From NCBI GenBank assembly GCA_000934665.2, contig JYFJ02002961.1, forward strand, positions 1 to 48,379: DNA of 48,379 bases. Reading direction: 5' to 3'. This DNA comes from Catajapyx aquilonaris. Lineage: Eukaryota. Below the pieces are notes generated by a model. The model did no database searches. It was given only the letters and a program-made list of their open reading frames with translations, and had not been told where the DNA came from. Positions 39,743 through 48,379 of this stretch are shown piece after piece; position 1 is the first letter of the stretch; each line of letters begins with the position of its first letter. A program made the translations under genes and the position numbers.

Positions 39743-41022
39743 GTGTAAGGGCAACAAAACATTCCGCAAATTCTTTCCTCTAGTTTCCACTCGAATTATT
39801 GAGTACAATGCTCTTTGCAAGCATTGCAATAGTTGCGCTAAATTATTTGCAATAAAAGAGCACAACAGCAATAATAATTTGCAGTATGACTTACTCCAGC
39901 AAAGTGTTAAATCCTCTTCGAGGCAGACCCACTACGGTTTATGCAGACGTGTTGAGATGAAGCTCAGCGTTGCAGGTGTGCAAAAAGCTATAGGCCGCCT
40001 GTGGTTATTCGCAAAAAAAAAAAATCCCTCGCCAAAGTCTATTCAACAGGTGGGGAGAGACCGTTCACCTTCTTTTTGTGTGTGCTGCTCACCCTTGCGA
40101 TCCTTCTGCCAAAATGAAAGTAGCCGGGAGAGGAATAAGCAGCAGGGAGAGAGATTTTGGCGAGATCTCCTCCTCCTCCTCCCACCACCCCCACCCCCCG
40201 CAAATCAGCAAGCCTTTCTACTCCACTTATTTACCACCCACTGGACACCACGGGAGAGGTTCAAGGAGATTGTAATGCAATTTTTATGCAGCAGGAAACA
40301 GGCTGAAGGGAAATGGGTTCGCCAAATAATTCGCAAAATCTGGTGGTTCCCCGCACTTGGCCTGACGTCACTCACAAAATCTGCAATTAATTATGTGCTC
40401 AACCGGTGCTGTCTGCCCAAGGTTATGGAATGCAACGGTTGTGGTAATCGCTCGAAGCATGTACTGCCAAACAGGGTGTTTCAGAATTGAGATATTTTTT
40501 TCTGCACAAATATTGTACGTTGAAAATTCATATTGGCAATGATTCATATGTGCCGCATATTGCTTGCTCCATGTGATGAATACAAAACAATTGTGCTACA
40601 AACAATGTAAGCGCATCCAATTAGAACAATAAACAATGTCCCAGTGGTTATTTTAGGCTCTGCTTTTGTGATGCAACGCACTTCCTTGAAGGAATTTGAA
40701 CGATCACGCTTAAGATCAGTGATTCTCAGAATGTCTACTTACTAGTAGTGGACTACGACAAGACTTGTAATACAGTAATATAACAAATAAATTTTATTGC
40801 CAACATAATGTACAACCGTTATAACTTCAAAGTGAACAATAAAGGCCCCCAAACCGCGGAGTAATAAAGAGATTAAAGTATCCACCTCGTTGGACTGATA
40901 CCACTCGTAATATTCTTCCCAGTGTGGGATGCAAATCCGAGTCGTAAAACCACACCTTCTAATTTTCCCACACTAATCTCAAATGGAGCAGATGTCTCGA
41001 CTATGGGAAAAACGTCCATAAA

Positions 41023-43024
41023 TCAGGCTAGTTTGCGAGGCATTCCATCCACATCCACCAGGCTCTCTTTGATGCTTTTGCTCAACAGTTGCGGACCTTC
41101 GCCGATGCTAGTGTGGATCACAAATTGGATTGCGTCTGGCTGCTGCACTGCTGAACCCTTCAAGGACTGCGGAAAAATAGGAAACGCATGTTTTTATCAG
41201 CGCTGCTTGGAACCACATTAAAAAATAAGCGGTTACCTGCGGAAAGGAGCCTTTCGGTACAGGAAGACCTCGGAAAAAGTCATTGATCTCAGCCGTTGGT
41301 GGGTAAAAGTGTGACACTACAGCTGCAAATTCGGCCACAACATCTTCTTTCATAAGAAGACATGCGTTTGGACCTGCATCAAACGTGTATGCCACCTGTC
41401 GACGCAGTTTACAAATAGTACATCATTCCCAACAACATCTTGTCGTATTAAAATAAGCAGAAAAAGGTGAACCTTTATCTCTCCACATAGGTCGTTATAT
41501 CGATGAACCAGCTGGGATATAGAATGCGACACATCATTCATGTACACGCATGGAGGGTACGTGTCCAAGCAGACTGCATGCAGCTGGTTGCTGTCCTGCA
41601 TGGTCAAGCGGCCCACTGTCTCGAAATCTTTTGCTTTTATAGCCTGCAAGGAAAAGCATTCACTGCATATGTTGTACGCACTATTGTGATACTTGGTCAC
41701 TACAGTATTACAGAGTAGCTTCAAACCTGGATGATCTGCTCCGTTCTCTTTGGCACAATATGTGCAGCTCTGTAACTCAGGAGATCGCTGGTCTGCACAC
41801 TACGCTGCATGCCAACAGTGCTGCCAGTGGGCTTCCTTCCTGCATTTACGACAAGCACCAGAAGCCGCAAGCCTGGCCAGTGCGATGCTGGAGCTACCTG
41901 ACTGGCGAGGGAATCGGATCCATCAGCTGCCTGTCCAGAGTGCCAGCGAACAAACCCGCCATACAGGCTGCGACAGGCACTTCCAGATCCCTGGCGAGCA
42001 ATGCCAGACACATCACCTTCGACGCCATACAGCTGAGCCAGGCTGTACACTGGAAGGAAGACAGTCAGCCATTTCTTAAGTTCAGTGACAACAACACGTT
42101 AATTACCAAGGCAGGCATATCCAGCGGCGGACGAGGCTAGTCCGGCAGCGGTCGGAAAGTTGTTTTCAGAGCAGATGTGAATCCGCCAGTCCAGCTTGTC
42201 CGTGTCGTCTCCTTTCGCAGCTGCTTGCTGTCGACTCCGCTTCTGTACTAGTATTGAAACCTATTATTAGAACCACACATCTTGTGGGGAAACAGTAAGC
42301 AAACTTACTTTCCTGCAGACAAGCCTGGAGCCTCGAGTTGTCCAAGCTCTGCTCACTGCAAAAAAAAGATAAGTACCCAGCTGATTGCAAGGTCGCGGTT
42401 GATGCCTGAGGGTACGCATATTTTTTTTTGCTCCATTCCCTTGAGTCAAAAGCAGGGGAATAAAAAGCGTTGAGAAACTCAAAGTGACGTGGGAGCAACC
42501 TACTTCCCATTCCTGTTTTCGTCAGATTACATCTTCCCGAGCTTATAGCTTCATTTCTCAACAACGGCCTTGTAACCCCTGCTGTTTTTTTTAAAATGCA
42601 GTACCTGCAGCGACCCGGGAGAAATTTCTTAGTGCTTCATAATTAAGGTTTTTCTGCTAAAAATAATTTAATCCTTGCGTCAATAAGTGTAGGCCGGTTG
42701 TACTTACACTCCGTTAAGCCACATGCGGTCCCTTGTAAAGTTGGGGCTCCTTACGATCGTAGTCCTTGCGCACATCTGTAACATATGCATTATTAATAAA
42801 TTTAATTAATCCGGTTGACTTAATTAGTGCAATTACCTGTCCAGTACCAAGAGTAACGCTGAGTGAATCATTAATCGGTGTAATTAGCTTCTCATCCTTC
42901 TTACCCCCTGAAATGCATAGAATTGTGTCAATTACTTATAGGGTGCACCGATGCGTACTGGCCAGTACTTACAGTATTTGATGAGTGCGATGTTGACAGG
43001 CGCAATGCAGGTGACCACTTCCAT
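41023..43024 (-). CDS. MVD: Diphosphomevalonate decarboxylase
   Basis: [90 protein letters not shown] at 41023-41025. Confidence 0.97.
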
Positions 43025-43189
43025 CTTCCCTTCTTCTGTGTTGCGAACTAGGCAGCGAACTAAGAGGAGGAAGGTAAGAGAAGAAGGCAAAAAAAAAAAT
43101 AATTTCGCAATAACTTCAAACCTTTGCAAAAAAAACCGCCTCGAGGTGAAGACGTCACGTTTTCTCCGCGCGTCATTTGCGTCTCACCG

Positions 43190-43360
43190 GGGAGAAGCCA
43201 TTTCAGCTCAGCTCAAGGACTTGAGCGCCTCGCCGGAGAGAAGCCATTTCACTCACAATGGCGTCTCGACGGAGAGAAGCCGTTTCACACTCAAATGCGT
43301 CTCGACGGAGAGAAGCCGTTTCACTCTCAAAGACTTCTCGACGGAGAGAAGCGATTTCAA
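43190..43360. repeat. Five copies of TCTCGxCGGAGAGAAGCC(A/G)TTTCA in the MVD/METTL17 bidirectional promoter
   Basis: Units at ~43192, 43228, 43264, 43300, 43336; reverse-complement relatives of the 2.0-2.5 kb minisatellite core. Confidence 0.85.
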
Positions 43361-43362
43361 AC

Positions 43363-45227
43363 ATGGGCGGCTTGACAAATGTGGTTTTTCGGTGCGGAAA
43401 ACGCGGTTTTGTTCGGCTCTCGGGCAACCAGGCGGCTCGAACGGTGAGTACACATGCAGCTGGTACGTCCCAGCATCACACTGCGCATAGCAGTTGCTAC
43501 CATACAGCTTTGTTGGGAGTAAAAAAAAAACATTGTTGACAATGCATTGTCATAAGTGCGATGAAATTGGGCAGGAAATCGCCAATTCGATGCGATGAAT
43601 GGGTCAAAATATCGCATATTTTTGTAATTTCAAGAAAATTAATTTTAATGCAGGTTGTGAGGTTGTACACAACGCGGATGGTTCCTGAGCTGCTGCCTGA
43701 GGTGCTGGAGGCAATTGATGCGGAGGAGATGAATCCGAAGAAGCATCCCGGACGGATGCACCGGGCTGTGGTCCAGCTGCCCAGGAAGGTCATGAAGGCT
43801 GCGAAGGTCATACTTGCAGGTACGCCACACGGTCGTACCCGCACATTCAGTACATTAATTGAGCCTGCGTGTAGATCAGAACATGACGCAGTTGCAAGAG
43901 GATGCGATGAAGCTCAGCAGGATCCTGGAGAAGCGACAGTTGCCGCCTGAGAAGGAGGAGGTGCAGCAGAGGTTACGGTACATCCTCCAGAGCGAGGGGC
44001 ACAATCCGGATGACCCTCCGATGACCCCGGAGGAAGAGAGGGACGCCAAGAATAAGATTATGGTCAGGCTGAGGAAAGCGGTGTACAACTGGCGCCCCGT
44101 TGATTACACCCAGCAGATGGGGCTGCAGCATCTGGTCGGAAGGAGTCCGCCGGAGTTTGCAGTGCTCACCCGAGTCTTCTCTGAGATACGGACCAGACTG
44201 CCGGAATGGAGGCCCAGGAGTTTGTTTGATTTTGGGTCTGGCGTTGGGTCGACACTATGGTCAGTAAGCGTTTCATGTGTGGTAGCAATGGTCACGATCA
44301 TTCAATCGCAGGGCAGCTGAAGATGCCTGGGGCGCTATACACGAGCGGTTCTGCGTGGACACCTCCGCTGATATGAACGATCTGTCCTGCCTGATTCTGC
44401 GTGGCGGACGAACCGACATCGAACTAGAATCGCCAGGACTGATGCACCGGCAGTTTCTTCCCGCTTCGACAGTCGTAAGTGCGAGAATGGCCAGCTCAGC
44501 TGCAATGCTTCAATTTGTTGAAATTTCAGCTCAAGTACGACCTAGTGGTGAGCGCATACACCCTGCTTGAGCTGCCATCCATCCGCAGCAGGCTGGAAGC
44601 ACTGGAGAACCTCTGGAGGCGGACCAACGGCCTTCTGGTCCTGGTGGAGAACGGCAGCCTGGCTTCCTTCAGCATTCTGGCTGAAGCAAGGGACTTCATC
44701 CTCCAGATGGATCCCAAGTCGCACGTGTTTGCGCCTGTAAGTTGTCCTTTAGCCCAGTTGTACCGCCATGTACTGAAGCGCGTATTTTCTCCAGTGCCCC
44801 CATGAGAAGCAGTGTCCTCGCCTGCGTGAAGACAGGACGCCTTGCAACTACGAGGTTCGTTTCCAGCCGTTCAGCATGGCTGCTCAGGAGCCGCCGACCC
44901 TCCGAGAACGCTTCTGCTACCTGGTGATGAAGCGAGGAGCAAGACCCGACCCTGCTCCGTGGCCCAGGGTGGTCCGAGAGGTTCTGAAGCGGCCCCGACA
45001 TGCAATCTGCCGCCTTTGCACAGCGCAAGGAGAACTGGCCGAAGTCGTCGTCACAGCCAAGAAGCACGGAAAGCAAGTATTTTCCGTAACAATAATTATT
45101 CCCCGCAAGTCCAACTTATTACTCTTCTTGCAGGCCGATGTACAGATGCACTAAATCCAGCAAGTGGGGCGACCTTTTCCCGGCAAACTTGCTTCCATCA
45201 AAATGCGTTGAAGAAGACAGCGATTAA
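43363..45227 (+). CDS. METTL17: Mitochondrial ribosome assembly factor METTL17 (Rsm22 family)
   Basis: Presequence-like MGGLTNVVFRCGKRGFVRLS, PKKHPG, YNWRPVDY, PRSLFDFGSGVGS, YDLVVSAYTLLELP, HVFAPCPH, WPRVVR, YRCTKSSKWGDLFP; last intron GC-AG. Confidence 0.94.
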
Positions 45228-45359
45228 AGTGTGAAAATGGAAGTTTATTCATGACTCAAATAAAACTTGTATAAAAAAAAAGGTACATGAGTGCAAAATC
45301 CCAACTTTTTTCCCCCCCCTCCCAAACCCCAGACCCCAACATTACAGATCATTATTATC

Positions 45360-47235
45360 CTACTTTTTAAACCGAGCAGAAAAGTTTGGGCTCTGCGGCT
45401 TGGTGCTTGGCTTTGATGACTTTTCGAGGATAAAATCTTTGTACTGAGGCACAGGCTGTGCCTTGGTCACCATCTCCTTCCTCATTTGTAAAATTTCTTC
45501 CTTTTCACGCATCTCCTGCTCCTTCAGATGCTGCAAAAAAGTAAAGAGGAAAAGTGATGGCCGTAATGCGAATCGACTGAAGCGTAATTACCTGTTGGCG
45601 CCGGATTTCATATTCAGCTTCTCGCTCTCTCAGCTCCTCATCAAAGTTTGCCCTCTCTTTCGCCCTGACCTCCGTGTGGAGCATGACCTCCTGGGGGGTC
45701 ACAATTGGGCTTAAACCTGTTGCCGGAACGAACGGCTTCTGGTAGATGACCTTGCAAGGGTTGGCGGTGAACTCCCTGTCGCGCTTCTGTAGCCCCTCCA
45801 GGTGCTCCAGCATCATGGCCCAATCTGCTTTCCTGGCCTCTCCCCTCTGGTGACCCTCCAGCTTGAACGGGGCAGGCTGGGTCACAGGTGCGGCCTGCAC
45901 ATTCGGAAGCAGAACCTGATCAAAGTTGGGGAGCAACTGGGCTCGGAACTCGCGGGCCCTGCGCTCCTCCTGCTCTCGCTCCCTTTCGCGTTCTTCTCGG
46001 CGCAGCTTCATGTGCTTATCCCGCTCTTCAAAACTGAACGGCTCTGGGCACGTGACAGTCTTGATCGGCAGGGTTGGCTGCAAGGCCTTAACAGTGGACC
46101 TCTTTGGCTTCGTCTCCACCGGTTCCGTCTCCAGCTCCTCGGCAGCCCTGCAGTTTTGCAATTGTAATGATCAAGTGTACATGGTTATTTTTTATGCCAA
46201 CTGACCTTTTCATCTGCCTGGCACGGAGGCGTTCATCAATGTGGAAGTTCAGGGGTTGTGGTACCGTCACAGGTGCAGCTTCTCGCCACTTGGTTCCGCT
46301 CGGACTTTTCAGGATAGCCTGAGGGACTGGGCGTGCATGGAACACGTATGGCTCAGGGTCGCCCGACTTGGCTGCCTGCTTTGGGACAGTCAGCTGAAAT
46401 GGCTGGGTAGCAGTGACTGGACGTCGCTCAGCGTTCGGGAGCTTAGGCTTGGCAGCCAGTATCTTGTAATTGACTGGATTAGCCTTAAAGTTACACCTGG
46501 AATGACGGAAAAGTTGCAGTTCAACCTCGATTGTAGGCCAACAGAACAGCACTGGTCGACTCACATCTTCTTCATTTCGCAAACGGTAATGGACTCCAGT
46601 CGCTCCCTGGACAGTGCTCTGACCGGTCTGGCCCTGTGCTTGGTCACAAGATTTGGCGTGTGCGCAACTGTCAGCTGAGGCGACCATCGACGCTTGCTTC
46701 CGCTGTCCTCCGGCGGGCTGGACCCTACCGGATAACAATGTGTTAATGCGATACATGATACGATAAAGTAGAAGCATACTTGATCGCCGGCTCTTGAATC
46801 TCTTTGGTGTGGCGACCTGGTACTTCCTCACAGCCTCGGCCATGGACACGAAGGGTTCCCGCTTAGGCCTGGTGGTGCTGGACGTCGGCTGGAGGGACGC
46901 GCTGCGTACAAACCTGAACGCGCCCATACCTACGTTGTCAAAAAGAGAGTGAGCCCCCCATTCCACGCGTACGAGCATGTAACGTACCTGGCGTCGTACC
47001 CTTCTGACTCCCCGACTGGGCCGACAGCGGCACGTTCTCCTCATCGGGTAAGACATCGTCCGACTCGACCACATCTGTCAAAAAATGGAATAGTTGTGAC
47101 CCGAACATTCCAAGCGGGTGGTGACATATACTGACCGAAGAACTTGTCCGCCCCGTCGTCGTCGTGGTCCCCGTTCCCTGCTGCGAACGAGGCCAGGTCC
47201 ACGAACTGCGGGCCGGCGATCTCCTCGTAGTCCAT
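45360..47235 (-). CDS. TPX2: Targeting protein for Xklp2 (spindle assembly factor)
   Basis: N-terminal DYEEIAGPQFVDL...ADKFF; repeated FKANPV / FHARPVP / FRAQLLP / FTANP and TxPxPF motifs; LHTEVRAKERANFD; C-terminal RKEMVTKAQPVP...TKPQSPNFS. Confidence 0.9.
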
Positions 47236-47309
47236 CGGGGACAGCCTCTCTCTGGATCTCGGGAATGAAAAAGGAACACCGACCGAAAGAGACGGAGGGC
47301 GACGAACGA

Positions 47310-47347
47310 CCGTTGGCCTCAGTTTAAATCCGATTCGACCAGCCAAT
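47310..47347 (-). promoter_or_regulatory. Candidate G2/M promoter module of TPX2 (Myb site, CHR-like, CCAAT)
   Basis: CCGTTG (=CAACGG) 47310-15, TTTAAA 47323-28, CCAAT 47343-47, 75-110 bp upstream of the ATG. Confidence 0.45.
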
Positions 47348-47449
47348 CAGGAGCCAGCTAGGACGGGGCAGGGTTGCCAGGCGATTCGAACAGCACAACG
47401 GACGACAAAGGGTTGCCAGATGAAATGGCGGCGGATTCAACTTGCTATG

Positions 47450-48379
47450 TTCCTAAAGATACAAAGGACAAAAATGTGGTTCAATTTAACGCAAGTTTCT
47501 ACGGGGCTCCTCCCCAGTTTCAATAAGTGAGGATTTTGCTTTTGAAACGCGAGAGAAGAGAAAGGAACTGCTATTACCGTATCACTTAAAGAGGCGAAGA
47601 AGAACAACAACAGTAAAGCGTCCCTCCGTCTAGACACTTTGATTGATAGACGGAATACAGATACGAGAATGGCAGTCTGGCACGAGTGAAGGTCATCTCC
47701 TACTGATGCCGCGGTAAATGATTTGGGACAGGCCAATGCGACTGCTGAAAAGACGATTCTTTCGGTGTCACCTGAAGGCCCCCACAGAAGTTCGCAATAT
47801 ATTATGCAGGATGTGGATCGTGTCCAAACATTTTTCTTGAAAAATTTTTTTTACTCTGCCCCGTTCCAGTGCTGGTTATTTTCTTAGATATGAAACAGGA
47901 CGCAGACCAATTTCGATACAAATTTTTAAAAACTTGTACAAGTTTCTTAAAAAAATTATGAGAGAGCCAAGGGAAAGTATAATTTGGCAAGGCTTTGAAT
48001 ACCAAATACGCGTGAGAGAGAGAAAAAGAGTAGGGATTGGTATACTTTTGTAGAAGCGCTGTTAATAAACGCTGGAATATCTTGGCAATATTGGTCGACA
48101 AATTATGAAGATATTGATGTAAACAAACTAATTACAACCTTTGTGGATAATACACTCGAGGCGGACCGCGTGGCATTAGAGAACACACGAGCATATAAAC
48201 ATTATTTTGAAATTTCGAATGGATATATACAGGAGAATTATTTGCATCAGGGGATGCCACTAAAATTAACGCGATTAATGATAGTAGTAGCCCACTGCAT
48301 ATTACGGAGCCTCATGGAAAAATTCCGCAGTGTCGCCACCGTCTATGCGAGTTTAACATGGGAAAGCGCCACTGCGGCG
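47450..48379 (+). mobile_element. Decayed non-LTR retrotransposon (LINE) fragment: ORF1 C-terminus joined to post-RT part of ORF2
   Basis: Frameshifted translations KDKNVVQFNASF/LRGSSPVSISEDFAFETREKRKELL/KEAKKNNNSKASLRLDTLI resemble the LINE ORF1 C-terminus; DRVQTFFLK/LPRSSAGYFLRYETGRRPISIQIFKNLYKFLKKI/WYTFVEALLINAG resemble the ORF2 region after RT. Confidence 0.72.

Noticed and set aside
39879..40490. 203-aa + strand ORF
   Set aside because: Non-ATG start, crosses homopolymer and low-complexity tracts, no recognisable homology; probably UNC93A upstream region
42447..42587. Weak fold-back in a long MVD intron (gcagggg/cccctgc, gttgagaaa/tttctcaac)
   Set aside because: Short interrupted arms with no snoRNA boxes or TSD; insufficient support

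Overview
Eukaryotic, gene-dense invertebrate DNA. Introns are mostly ~55-70 nt, and the protein style suggests an arthropod (inference). No prokaryotic systems were found. Spliced genes reconstructed from the sequence, in order: ARFGEF/BIG1-Sec71 (-), two tandem DHRS4 (+), TP53RK/Bud32 (-), GDAP1 (+), FITM (-), two tandem DHDH (-), ICA1/ICA69 (-), two small secreted His/Gly-rich peptide genes (+) that the ORF track only partly shows, UNC93A-like (-), MVD (-), METTL17 (+) and TPX2 (-). Non-genic content includes three MITE-like inverted-repeat elements (two with visible TSDs), several palindromes, tandem arrays in or near promoters, and a decayed, internally deleted LINE at the right end. The best leads are: (1) the pair of His/Gly-rich secreted peptides with matching exon architecture; (2) an unannotated ~1.1 kb + strand region between GDAP1 and FITM with in-frame splice sites and a run of stem-loops whose G-U pairs all favour the + strand; (3) candidate microexons in ARFGEF and ICA1; (4) DHRS4 paralogs that differ in targeting signals and show a gene-conversion-like mosaic. 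All exon boundaries were read by eye and no database search was possible.
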